A stretch of 64,000 nucleotides of DNA, from positions 69,195 through 133,194 of the forward strand of contig CAWBGV010000020.1 in assembly GCA_963788395.1 (NCBI GenBank), given 5' to 3'. This DNA is from Candidatus Doudnabacteria bacterium. Its GTDB lineage: Bacteria > Patescibacteriota > Doudnabacteria > UBA920. The notes under the pieces were generated by a model. It was not told the origin of the DNA. It worked only from the letters and a program-made list of their open reading frames with translations, and did not search any database. The translations under genes were made by a program, and so were the position numbers. Shown here piece after piece: positions 28,426 to 37,869 of the stretch. Numbering within the stretch: the stretch's first letter is position 1; the number at the start of each line of letters is the position of its first letter.

Positions 28426-29814
28426 TCAAGTATTCTCTTCCGGAGTAATACTTTCCATCACCGCTTGCGGAGAGGTATCAAACGTTTTGTCTAAATTTTT
28501 AAAGCTAGTTTTATCGGCGTCAAAATATAAGTCCACCTGGCCGGTCGGACCGTTACGGTGTTTTTTAATGTGAATTTCGGCAATGTTGGGCCGGCGCGAA
28601 TCTTTACCTTTATACATATCTTCCCGGTAGATAAACATCACCACGTCGGCATCTTGCTCAATCGAACCCGATTCGCGCAAATCAGCCAGCTGCGGGACTT
28701 TATCGGGACGATTTTCGACTTGGCGGGACAGCTGGGACAGCGCCAATACCGGCACATTCAGTTCGCGGGCCAAAATCTTGAGTGACCGCGAAATTTCACT
28801 GACTTCCTGGACCCGATTATCGGTATTATGGCCGCTCATCAGCTGTAAATAATCAACCACGATTAAACCAACTCCGTGTTCGGCCTGCAAGCGGCGGGCT
28901 TTGGTGCGGACTTCCATAATATTGCTGCCGGCGGCGTCATCTATAAAAATCGGCGCGTCGGACAATAATCCCATGGCTTCGCCAATACGCTCGAAATCTT
29001 CATCGTTTAACCGGCCGGTACGGATGCGAAATCCATCCACATTGCTTTGTGACGAAAGTAAACGGTCAACCAACTGGTCTTTGCTCATTTCCAAAGAAAA
29101 AATTCCAACCGGGATTTTTAAATCCACCCCCACGTGCCTCATAATATCCAAAGCTAGAGAAGTTTTTCCCATAGAAGGCCGGGCCGCCAAAATAATCAAA
29201 TCGGATTTTTGCAAACCGCTCAGCCGGGCATCAAGATCGTGAAAACCAGTCGAAAGGCCGCGGAGCTTGCCCTGGTCCCGGTGTAACTCGTCAATACGTT
29301 CAAATGTGGCGTGCAAAACCGAGGTAATGGGAACAAAATTTTGCTTAAGGTGTTTTTGGGAAATAGTAAATAATTTTTGCTCGGCCTGGTCCAAAATTGT
29401 TTCTACGTCACCCTCTTCCTTGTAGGCCAAATTGGTAATTTCGCCCGAAGCGCCAATTAACCGGCGAAGGGTTCCTTTTTTTCTGACTATAGAAGCATAA
29501 TTAACCACATGAGCGGCCGTAGGCACGCCGCTGACCAGCTGGGTTAAAAATCCGGAGCCGCCAATGCTTTCCAATTGCTTGCGTTCTTCCAGTAAATTAG
29601 TGACCGTTAAAATATCAATTGAGATATTTTTCTCAAACAGGCTGATCATGGCCTCGTAGACCATTTTGTGTTTGAAATCGTAAAAATCTTCCGGCGTGAT
29701 CAAATCCGCAATGTTAATAATCGCGTCTTTGTCCAGCATGAGTGCGCCTAAAACCGAGGCTTCGGCCTCTAGATTCTGAGGGGGTAAACGGTCAATAGTT
29801 GAATTTTCGGCCAT
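28426..29814 (-). CDS. dnaB: Replicative DNA helicase DnaB
   Basis: PPQNLEAEASVLGALML… N-terminal domain. RecA-like core with ARPSMGKTS and the SQLSR motif. Confidence 0.92.
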   Translation of the reverse strand: MAENSTIDRLPPQNLEAEASVLGALMLDKDAIINIADLITPEDFYDFKHKMVYEAMISLFEKNISIDILTVTNLLEERKQLESIGGSGFLTQLVSGVPTAAHVVNYASIVRKKGTLRRLIGASGEITNLAYKEEGDVETILDQAEQKLFTISQKHLKQNFVPITSVLHATFERIDELHRDQGKLRGLSTGFHDLDARLSGLQKSDLIILAARPSMGKTSLALDIMRHVGVDLKIPVGIFSLEMSKDQLVDRLLSSQSNVDGFRIRTGRLNDEDFERIGEAMGLLSDAPIFIDDAAGSNIMEVRTKARRLQAEHGVGLIVVDYLQLMSGHNTDNRVQEVSEISRSLKILARELNVPVLALSQLSRQVENRPDKVPQLADLRESGSIEQDADVVMFIYREDMYKGKDSRRPNIAEIHIKKHRNGPTGQVDLYFDADKTSFKNLDKTFDTSPQAVMESITPEENT

Positions 29815-29891
29815 AAATTTTTTGCTTAAAGTATCTTCATTCTAAGGTCTTTTCCGCCTCTTTGCAAATCCACAGGCAGGGGACAAAGGGG

Positions 29892-29917
29892 ATAAAAAAC
29901 CCGCTTATTAGCGGGTT
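29892..29917 (-). terminator. Intrinsic terminator of cysS
   Basis: On the minus strand: AACCCGC-taataa-GCGGGTT followed by TTTTTAT. Confidence 0.7.
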
Positions 29918-31243
29918 AAATTTGCGTCTTCTTTTTAACTTTCTGGCCCTCAGGCGTGTCCATAATCTCGTAACCCAGCCTCTCAATACGGAGACGTACA
30001 TCGTCTGATTTTTTAAAATCTTTCTGCTGTTTGGCTTCAGCCCGCTCGGCCAGCAAGTTTTGAATTTCTTTAGGTATAACCAACTCCTGCTCGGGTTTAA
30101 AACCCAAAACAGATTCTATCTGCTCCCGAGTAGCATTACCCGCCCAAACTGCTGCCAAGGCCTGCGGCGCATTTAAGTTGTCATTGAGCGCAGCTTGGAA
30201 AGCCTGAGTATTTTGAGGCTCGTTTTGCCCAGACTTAAAGAGTTTTTCTCTAGCTACACGGGCCGCGGCCAGGGCTTCAAAAGTAAAATTTTGCTGGCTG
30301 GTAAAACTTGAACCTAAATAAAAATATCGCAAATCCTGACCCGAATAACCTTTGGCCTTGAGGCCGGTGATGGTGTAAAAATTATTAAAGCGTTTACCCA
30401 TGCGGCCGCCGTCAACCAATAAGTGTTCATTGTGGTACCAGTAATTGACGAATGGCCGGTAGATCGGCTGGCTTTGGGCGATTTCGTTGGTATGGTGAGG
30501 AAAAATCAAGTCAACGCCGCCGGTGTGAATAGTAGTCGGCTGACCTTTAAAAGCAAGATAATTAATGGCTGAACACTCAATGTGCCAACCGGGGCGGCCT
30601 TTGCCTAAAACCGGGTGGTCCCAAAAAATCTGCGCGTCCGCGGTGCTGTCCAGGCTTTCCATAGCGCGAAGTCGCTGAGATCGTCCTTTTCGTATTCATC
30701 AACTTTTACGCGGACGCCGATTTTTTTCCCTTCCAAAAATTTTTGACCAACCAGCACCCCATAATCACCAAAATCTTTTTGGTATGTATTTATAGAAAAA
30801 TAAGTGCTGCCGTCTGCGGCTGTATAAGCATACCCTTTGTCCAGTAACATCAAAATAAACTCCTGAATTTGGGGAATAACATCGGTAACCCGGTAAAAGC
30901 TAATATCATCTTTAATAATATTTACTTCGTCCAGGTCGGCCAAAAAGGCGTCCAAATAAAATTTGGTATACTCCCGCAAATTTTCCACCGTAGCGGTCTG
31001 TCCATATTTAGCAATCGTGCCTTTGATAGTTTTATCGTCGATATCGGTAATGTTCATAACCCAAACCGGCCGATAGCCTTGGAATTTTAATGTCCGATAG
31101 AGCACATCGGCCATGACATAACTGCGCAAGTTACCTATGTGCGCGTAGTTATAAACGGTCGGCCCGCACGTGTAGAGATGCAAACGGTTCCCCAAGGGAA
31201 TGTCTTCGACTTTTTTTGAGAATGTGTTATAAAGTTTCAGCAT
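29916..31243 (-). CDS. cysS: Cysteinyl-tRNA synthetase (frameshift near 30630)
   Basis: MLKLYNTFSKK…LYTCGPTVYNYAHIGNLRSY (HIGH motif) in ORF 30605-31243. WHIECSA… in ORF 29916-30662. Confidence 0.88.
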
Positions 31244-31289
31244 ACCTTATATAGTATCCTGACAGCGCACCTCCGTCAATTCTGCCCTA

Positions 31290-31337
31290 AACCACTACTC
31301 GCTCCACTCACGGCCGTGAGTGGAGCGAGTAGTGGTT
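31290..31337. repeat. Perfect 48-bp palindrome
   Basis: AACCACTACTCGCTCCACTCACGG|CCGTGAGTGGAGCGAGTAGTGGTT with no mismatches. It abuts the stop codon of the Kef-like gene. Confidence 0.85.
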
Positions 31338-31338
31338 G

Positions 31339-33040
31339 TTATTGGGATAGGACTTTAAGGTGGTCCTGGCGGAGTTTTTTTAAATCGCTGAGCAGGGCTT
31401 TGCCCCGCAAAATTTTGGCTAAATGTTGGCCGCCGATAAAGTGGGGAGAGAGGGCGTAATCTATTTCCTGTTCGTAAAGCCGCTTGGCCTCAAATTCATT
31501 TTGGGCCGCAAAAATCAACCGCGGCTTAATCCGCTGATTGGCTGATTTTCGCTTGACCGCTTCCAGCAAAGCCAGGTTATCCTGAAAATTGGGGATGGTC
31601 GAAATCACCACCCGAGCTTGCGGCAAGTTAACCTGTTCTTGAATATAACTTTCGGTGATATCCCCGCAAACCGCCCGGACGCCGGCGGCTTCGTATTGAG
31701 CCACAACTTCCGGGTTAATATCTACAATCACCAACTGCTCGGGCATTTTTTCCAGACTAGCCACCAAGTGCTGGCCCAAACGGTGCGCTCCAACCAGTAC
31801 AATATGCCGATGCAGTAGCGGTGCCTCTGGTTCTAATTTTGGACCTTTGTGCCAGTCTAAAAATTTCAGCAGCGGTTTACTGAATTCATAAATCGCGTCG
31901 GAGTAGGTGATGCATATGAGGAACAAGCAATCGTAATCAAGCCCACCAAAGTAATCAGCGAGATTACCGACTGGTCAATAGTGCCGGCGCGATAAGCCAG
32001 GGCGACTAAAATTAGGCTGAATTCCGACATGGGAGTAACCGCCATGCCGACCTTAAACGCGGTTTTGGGTTTATATCCCTGGCTGCTGAGCAAGAGCATG
32101 ACTATGAGCGGGTTGCCGAACAACATGTAGGCCGAAAGGATAATGGCCAGAGGCAGCACATGCAAAAAATTGCTAAAAACCAATTGGGCGCCAAAGACAA
32201 TAAAGAAAATGATGATGAAGAAATCACGGATGATTTGACCCGGGCCGCGATTTCCCAATGAACTTCCGAATTAGCCAAAGCCAGACCGGCCAAAAAACCG
32301 CCGATTTCAAAGCTGAAACCGACCCAAGGCAGCGCCGCAAAAGCCGCCAGGCCCAGCGCCCAGCCTAAAGAAAACGAAAGTAATAATTCGTCGCTTTTTC
32401 CCAAATATTTTAGCAGCCAAGGCAAAACTTTTTTGCTGATCCAGGCCAGGGCCAGAAAAAAAATCAACGCCCTAACACAAGTCATCAGCAACTGCTGCCA
32501 GACCGGCAGACTGGTGACCAGCGCGGGAGCCTGGGACTGGCCTAAAAACAATAAAATTATTAAAGCCGCAAAGTCCTGTAAAATGGAAATGCCTACCACA
32601 ATCCGGCCATGCAAACTCTGGGTCTGTCCTTTTTCGGCCAGCAGCTTGACGACAATAATCGTCGAAGAAAATGTCAGAGCGACCGCAATAAAAAATGCGG
32701 CCACCGGACTAAAATGCAGCAGCCGGGCCAAGCCGAAAGCCAAGACAGAACTGATCAGCATTTGCCCGATAGCGGTAGCTACGACAACTTTGCCCAACTC
32801 CCGGATCCGCCGCACATCGAGCTCCAGCCCGACCATAAACAGCAGCAGGGTAATCCCAATCTGGCCTAAATCGGTAAAAACGGATGAGGCGTGGATCTGT
32901 CCGTAACCAAAAGAGCCGACAATAATGCCGGTGAGAATAAAAGCAATTACACTGGGTTGTTTTAGCAGACTGACCGCCAGGGCTATAACCCCCGCGATCA
33001 GTAAGACTAAGGTTATCTGATAGAATAGACTGTGATCCAT
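31339..33040 (-). CDS. Kef-type monovalent cation:proton antiporter (CPA2) with TrkA-N/RCK domain (at least 2 frameshifts)
   Basis: Na+/H+ exchanger TM region (32102-33040 and 31866-32258) plus a Rossmann-type RCK domain HIVLVGAHRLGQHL (31339-31926). Confidence 0.75.
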
Positions 33041-33144
33041 TTATTTTGGTTTCTCAGCAGAATTTTTTTTATTATACCATAAAGCACAAGAAAATAAAAT
33101 TTTAGTTGCAAAAAAGGCTACAATAAGATAAAATAATCAGAGGT

Positions 33145-33729
33145 ATGAACTTAAACACGATTTTTTTTATTGGCCCTCAGGGCAGCGGCAAAGGGACGCA
33201 AGCTAAAATTCTAGCAGGCGCACTGGGATTCTACCACTGGGATATGGGCGGCATATTGCGCGAAACCGGACAGCAGGACACTGAACTCGGCCGGACTGTA
33301 AAAGATCTTATTGACCGCGGCGTGTTGCTTCAAGACGATTTATTACTCAAAGTGGCGCAAGCAAAATTGGAAACAATTGCCCCAACCACAGGCCTGGTTT
33401 TTGACGGCATTCCCCGGCGGATCGGTCAAGCGGAATTTTTAATGAATTTTTTGCTGCAGCAAGGCCGGACGGAATTTGCGACCGTATTTTTAGATATCCC
33501 CAAAGAAGAAACGCTCAAGCGATTGTTGCTGCGGGCGGAGCAACAGCACCGCGTTGATGATACCCGCCAGGCCATCGAATTTCGCCTTCAGCAATATTAC
33601 GAAGATACTTTGCCCGTGCTGGAATTTTTAAAATCCAAAACCCACTTTTTCCCTATTGATGGCCTGCCCCCGATTGAGCAGGTGAGTCAAACCATTGCCG
33701 AAAAATTGGGAGTCAACAAGCCTAACTAA
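33145..33729 (+). CDS. adk: Adenylate kinase
   Basis: P-loop IFFIGPQGSGKGTQA, LLLKV…FDGIPRR, short LID. Confidence 0.85.
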   Translation: MNLNTIFFIGPQGSGKGTQAKILAGALGFYHWDMGGILRETGQQDTELGRTVKDLIDRGVLLQDDLLLKVAQAKLETIAPTTGLVFDGIPRRIGQAEFLMNFLLQQGRTEFATVFLDIPKEETLKRLLLRAEQQHRVDDTRQAIEFRLQQYYEDTLPVLEFLKSKTHFFPIDGLPPIEQVSQTIAEKLGVNKPN

Positions 33730-33737
33730 TTTTTTGC

Positions 33738-34376
33738 ATGAAACGCCAACCCACCCCCCAGCCTCCAACTCCACCGCTCAATATCATTCTGCTCGGCGAT
33801 CCAGCGGCGGGGAAAGCCACCCATGGTAAAGCCTTGGTCAAAAAATATCATTTGTATAATTTGGATATGGGCCAGGAATTGCGCGAACTGGAACATAACC
33901 CGCAGTTGCGAAAAAAGTATCAGCTGGATAAAACTTTAGACAGCGGAAAACTGACGCCCACACAGTTGGTCAGGCAACTGCTGCATGACCGCATCCATGC
34001 CACGGCGGCCACGCAAGGCATCCTCTTTAACGGAACGCCAAAAATGGTCGGGGAAGCCAAGCTGGTGGCGCGCTGGCTGAAGCAAGAACGGCGCAGCCGG
34101 GTAGTGTTTATATATCTATCCATTCCTTTGGCAGAAACCATTCGCCGGATGACGGCGCGCACCGGCTATTTTCGCGGGAAGTTTTCTAAACGGCCGGACG
34201 ATAATCAAAAAGCTCTCAAAAACCGGCTGGCTTATTACAAAAAAAATATCGCCGAAGTGGTAGAATATTTTAAACAGCACTATCCCTATATGAAAATTTC
34301 AACCAGTGGAGAAATTCCAGCGGCACGAAAACGATTACTAAAAAAAGTTGCGGACTATGAAAAACGGGCTCATTAA
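33738..34376 (+). CDS. Second adenylate/nucleoside-monophosphate kinase paralog
   Basis: P-loop IILLGDPAAGKATHG, …ILFNGTPKMVGEA…; 212 aa with an N-terminal Pro-rich extension. Confidence 0.65.
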   Translation: MKRQPTPQPPTPPLNIILLGDPAAGKATHGKALVKKYHLYNLDMGQELRELEHNPQLRKKYQLDKTLDSGKLTPTQLVRQLLHDRIHATAATQGILFNGTPKMVGEAKLVARWLKQERRSRVVFIYLSIPLAETIRRMTARTGYFRGKFSKRPDDNQKALKNRLAYYKKNIAEVVEYFKQHYPYMKISTSGEIPAARKRLLKKVADYEKRAH

Positions 34377-35118
34377 AACTCAGGAAGAGATCGAACTGAT
34401 CGCCGAAGGCGGTCAGCTTTTACATGGAATTTTAAACGAAACGGCTAAACTGGCCCAGCCAGGCGTTTCAACCTGGCGGCTCAACGAATTCGCGGAAAAA
34501 GCTATTGCCGAAACCGGCGGCAAGCCGAGTTTTAAAGGCTACGGTCCAAAAAAAAATCCCTTTCCGGGGGCGCTCTGTACCTCTATTAATGATGTAGTTG
34601 TCCATGGCATCCCTTCTAAAATCAATATTTTAAAACTGGGCGACATTATCAGCCTGGATATTGGAATGGTTTACAAGGGCCTGTACACTGATATGGCCAT
34701 TACTGTACCGGTAGGGCCGGTTTCCGGCGTGGCTCAGCGTTTAATAGAAATCACCAAAAAATCATTATATGCCAGCATTGATCAGGCGGTGGCCGGTAAT
34801 CGGGTGGGGGATATTAGTCATGCCATTCAATCTATGGTGGAGGCGGCGGGTTTTAGCGTGGTGCGCGATTTAGTCGGCCACGGGGTGGGATATGCCGTGC
34901 ACGAAGATCCATCTATTCCGTGCTACGGTTCGGCCCACCAAGGTCCGCTTTTGAAGGAAGGCATGGTCATTGCTATAGAGCCCATGGTCTGCGAAGGGGA
35001 ATATTTTTTACAGTACCGGCCCGACGGCTGGACCATTTCTACCGTCGACGGCAGCCTAGCCGCCCATTTTGAACACACCATTGCCATAACCAAAGATGGC
35101 CCGCGCGTGCTCACCTAA
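34348..35118 (+). CDS. map: Methionine aminopeptidase type I
   Basis: …VVHGIPS…DIGMVYKGLYTDMA…GHGVG…HEDP…IEPM…FEHT metal-ligand pattern. The start may be the ATG at 34357. Confidence 0.9.
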   Translation: MRTMKNGLIKTQEEIELIAEGGQLLHGILNETAKLAQPGVSTWRLNEFAEKAIAETGGKPSFKGYGPKKNPFPGALCTSINDVVVHGIPSKINILKLGDIISLDIGMVYKGLYTDMAITVPVGPVSGVAQRLIEITKKSLYASIDQAVAGNRVGDISHAIQSMVEAAGFSVVRDLVGHGVGYAVHEDPSIPCYGSAHQGPLLKEGMVIAIEPMVCEGEYFLQYRPDGWTISTVDGSLAAHFEHTIAITKDGPRVLT

Positions 35119-35194
35119 ACTGTAGTTTCGGACAAAAGCTTATAATATTTTAGGGTCCTTTGAGATGGGTAAATAATTAATTCTAAAAAGACGG

Positions 35195-37027
35195 CTATTT
35201 CTTTTTTTCAATCTCCTGTCGGATCTTTTCCGCGAACTTTTTTAACGCCATTTGGCCTAAATCTTTTCCTTCGCGGGTGCGGACGGCAATCCTTTTAGCT
35301 TTGACTTCCTTTTCTCCTAAAATTAATTGATAGGGAATTTTTTGCATGCTGGCCTCGCGGATTTTTTTGCCTACAGATTCGTCCCGATCATCCAGTTCAA
35401 TGCGCAATTCCGGATTGAGCGCGGCTAATTCTTTCATGACTTTTTTAGCGTAGGCATTTTGTTTTTTAGAAATGGGTAAAATACTAACTTGGACAGGTGA
35501 GAGCCAGACCGGAAACGCGCCGGCAGTATGCTCTATTAATATCGAGAGGAACCTCTCAATTGAACCCATAATAGCTGCATGGAGCATTACAACTCTTTCT
35601 TTTTGACCCTCTTCATTGATACATGTCAGATCAAAGCGTTCCGGCATGTTCATATCTAATTGAATGGTTGCGACTTGCCATTCGCGGCCTAAAGAATCTT
35701 TGGCCATAAAATCCAGTTTCGGACCATAGAAAGCAGCTTCGCCGGGGGCTTCAAAGAACTCCATGTTTCGTGCCTGCGCGAGTTCCCGCAAAACTCCTTC
35801 CGCCTGCTGCCATCGAGATTTGTCGCCCAGATATTTTTCCGGTGTATTAGGATCATGCAGCGACAGCCGCAACTTTAATGCAAAACCGAAAGATTTATAA
35901 AACGGTACAACAACTTTGTCCCAAATTGCCCCAAGCTCCTGTTTGACTTGGTTGAAGCGGCAAAAAACATGGGCATCATCCTGCGTAATGCTTAAAACAC
36001 GGGAAAGTCCGGAAAGTTCTCCGCTTTGCTCATCGCGGTAGACCATAGTAGTGTTCGAATAGCGTTGCGGTAAGTGCCGATAGCTCCAAGGTTTTCGGGC
36101 GTAAATTTGGGTATGGTGTGGGCAGTTCATTGGCTTCATCGCAAACACATGTCCGTCACGGGTATTGATTTTGAACAGGTCATCTTTAAATTTACTCCAG
36201 TGTCCGCTGGTTTCGTAGAGGTCCTGTTTGGTAATATGGGGAATTTCAACTTTTTCGTAACCGATTTTTTTTCGCAGATCCCAGATAAAATCGTCGAGTA
36301 AGTTACGAACCAGCGTACCTTTAGGAGTCCAAAGCGGGAGGCCCGAGCCGACCAATTCTGAAAATGTAAATAGATCTAATTTCGGACCCAATTGTTTATG
36401 ATCCCGTTTAGCTGCTTCTTCTAACAATTTGAGATGTGCCTGTAAATCTTCGGCCATTAAAAACGCCAATCCATAAATCCGCTGCATCTGCGGATTAGCC
36501 TGGTCGCCGCGCCAGTAAGCGCCGGAAGTTTTATCAAGTTTAAAAGCATCAGTTTTAATCTGCGAGGTATTTTCTACATGCCCACCGCGGCAGAGATCTA
36601 TAAACTTTCCGGTTTTGTACAACGAAACTTTCTCAACTTCCGATATTTCCGACTTGTCTCTTGTTTCTTGCCGCTTGTCGCTATTTAAAATTTCATCCGC
36701 CTTTGTTGTTCCAAATTTTTCAATATCTTCAATTAATTGGACTTTAAAAGGCTGGCCTGCTTTACTAAAGAACTCTTTTGCTTCGGCAGTACTCATTTCA
36801 ATCCGTTCAAAATCCAGTTTTGACTCGACCAAAGCGCGCATGCGTTTTTCCAGTTTTGACAAATCTTCCGGAGTTAGAGGACGCGGCAACAAAAAATCAT
36901 AAAAAAATCCATTTTCAATTACCGGCCCCACGCCTAATTGAGCTTTAGGGAACATTTCTAAAACGGCGCTGGCCAGTATGTGCGCCAGCGAATGGCGGAT
37001 GTTGTGGAGTTTTTGTTGCTGGTCCAT
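35195..37027 (-). CDS. thrS: Threonyl-tRNA synthetase (no N-terminal TGS domain)
   Basis: Starts at the HSLAHILA editing-domain motif. Class II core plus anticodon-binding domain; 610 aa, intact. Confidence 0.92.
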   Translation of the reverse strand: MDQQQKLHNIRHSLAHILASAVLEMFPKAQLGVGPVIENGFFYDFLLPRPLTPEDLSKLEKRMRALVESKLDFERIEMSTAEAKEFFSKAGQPFKVQLIEDIEKFGTTKADEILNSDKRQETRDKSEISEVEKVSLYKTGKFIDLCRGGHVENTSQIKTDAFKLDKTSGAYWRGDQANPQMQRIYGLAFLMAEDLQAHLKLLEEAAKRDHKQLGPKLDLFTFSELVGSGLPLWTPKGTLVRNLLDDFIWDLRKKIGYEKVEIPHITKQDLYETSGHWSKFKDDLFKINTRDGHVFAMKPMNCPHHTQIYARKPWSYRHLPQRYSNTTMVYRDEQSGELSGLSRVLSITQDDAHVFCRFNQVKQELGAIWDKVVVPFYKSFGFALKLRLSLHDPNTPEKYLGDKSRWQQAEGVLRELAQARNMEFFEAPGEAAFYGPKLDFMAKDSLGREWQVATIQLDMNMPERFDLTCINEEGQKERVVMLHAAIMGSIERFLSILIEHTAGAFPVWLSPVQVSILPISKKQNAYAKKVMKELAALNPELRIELDDRDESVGKKIREASMQKIPYQLILGEKEVKAKRIAVRTREGKDLGQMALKKFAEKIRQEIEKKK

Positions 37028-37185
37028 AAAAGTTTTTAGTTTAATATTATTTAAAAAGTTGTGAATCCGCCTACGCTGGCGCTAATACGTTTGTCAAAAA
37101 AATATATTTAATACACCTTCAAAAGTTTGAGGATAAGTTTAGTTAGCTTCGGCGGATTGTTCTCTATATTTATTTAATTATAGTG

Positions 37186-37241
37186 AACAAAAACCCCAGG
37201 GTCCGGTCTACAGCATGAAAGCTATAGACCAAACCCTGGGG
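37186..37241 (-). terminator. Long-stem intrinsic terminator/attenuator 160 nt upstream of thrS
   Basis: Minus strand: CCCCAGGGTTTGGTCTATAGC-tttcat-GCTGTAGACCGGACCCTGGGG followed by TTTTTGTT. Confidence 0.7.
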
Positions 37242-37427
37242 TCTCGATATTCCACCCGAAGGTGGATCGAAACGTTTCCGTCCCAGTTTGTTGTTTAGAT
37301 AGCGTGGTTTTAGTCCGCGCTCCCCAAATAACCTTTTCACCTTCAAGAGTCTCTAGAATCTCTTAAAGATTAATAACTGTTTGTTTCAGACTCCCTGGTT
37401 GGTGGCCAGATCGACATCTGAAGAACT
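37242..37427 (-). ncRNA. Structured leader or small RNA between a promoter and the 37186-37241 terminator (class unknown)
   Basis: C(UUCG)G-capped hairpin on the minus strand (37244-37270), plus additional hairpins (GAGTCT…AGACTC, AATCT-ttaag-AGATT). Bounded by the promoter at 37434-37462. Confidence 0.45.
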
Positions 37428-37433
37428 AATGAA

Positions 37434-37462
37434 AGTATAGCAACAGTTTTACCCCAAGACAA
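37434..37462 (-). promoter_or_regulatory. Sigma70-type promoter for the thrS leader/sRNA
   Basis: Minus strand: TTGTCT-17 nt-TATACT, with TGC immediately upstream of the -10 (extended -10). Confidence 0.5.
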
Positions 37463-37512
37463 GGGCAGTTTTCCACAGAGGAAAATAGCCATACCTAAGA
37501 GAAAATACGGGC

Positions 37513-37539
37513 AAACCCACACAGTGTGTGGGTTTTTTA
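37513..37539 (+). terminator. Orphan plus-strand terminator
   Basis: AAACCCACAC-agt-GTGTGGGTTTTTT. No plus-strand ORF lies upstream. Confidence 0.6.
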
Positions 37540-37548
37540 TTTAGATGC

Positions 37549-37577
37549 TTGATAGAAAAGATTACTTGCAGTACAAT
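37549..37577 (+). promoter_or_regulatory. Sigma70-type promoter of the small membrane protein gene
   Basis: TTGATA-17 nt-TACAAT, followed by an AGGAGG RBS. Confidence 0.55.
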
Positions 37578-37597
37578 ATTTCACAGGAGGCAAACGG

Positions 37598-37816
37598 ATG
37601 ATAATTCGAAGGATGGGTACAATTGTAATATTCACGGTCTGGGTACTGTCTCTTTTCCTTTTTGCGATCGAGACCTGGACGATTAACAAAATTTCCAACC
37701 AAGAGTATTACATCACCGCCAGCATGGCTTTCGCCAGCACGATCGTCTTTATTGGCTTTATAGTTTGGCAGATGAGCCGAGACTTTTTGAAAAACAAGAA
37801 ACCGATAAAAGCTTAA
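37598..37816 (+). CDS. Small membrane protein (2 TM helices), hypothetical
   Basis: Has its own promoter, an AGGAGG RBS 7 nt upstream, and a terminator at 37833-37869. Confidence 0.6.
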   Translation: MIIRRMGTIVIFTVWVLSLFLFAIETWTINKISNQEYYITASMAFASTIVFIGFIVWQMSRDFLKNKKPIKA

Positions 37817-37832
37817 ACTGCTAACGGCTCAT

Positions 37833-37869
37833 AACCGCTTTGACCATTCTGGCTCGAAGCGGTTTTTTT
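37833..37869 (+). terminator. Intrinsic terminator
   Basis: AACCGCTT…AAGCGGTT followed by TTTTT. Confidence 0.65.

Noticed and set aside
29815-29900. Replication origin / DnaA-box cluster near dnaB or gyrB
   Set aside because: Only isolated near-matches to TTATCCACA were seen (AAATCCACA at about 1455 and about 29865, CGTGGATAA at about 19452). There is no cluster, no adjacent dnaA or dnaN, and no AT-rich unwinding element.
37028-37500. Canonical T-box riboswitch, SRP RNA, RNase P RNA or tmRNA upstream of thrS
   Set aside because: I could not find the T-box core (GGGUGGNACCGCG). The GGGUGG here sits in a simple UUCG hairpin and is followed by AAUAUCG. I saw no clear Stem I/specifier architecture, no GAGGAAAGUCC (RNase P), no GGAA/AGCA SRP domain IV, and no tRNA-like 3' end. 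The region is retained only as an unclassified structured RNA.
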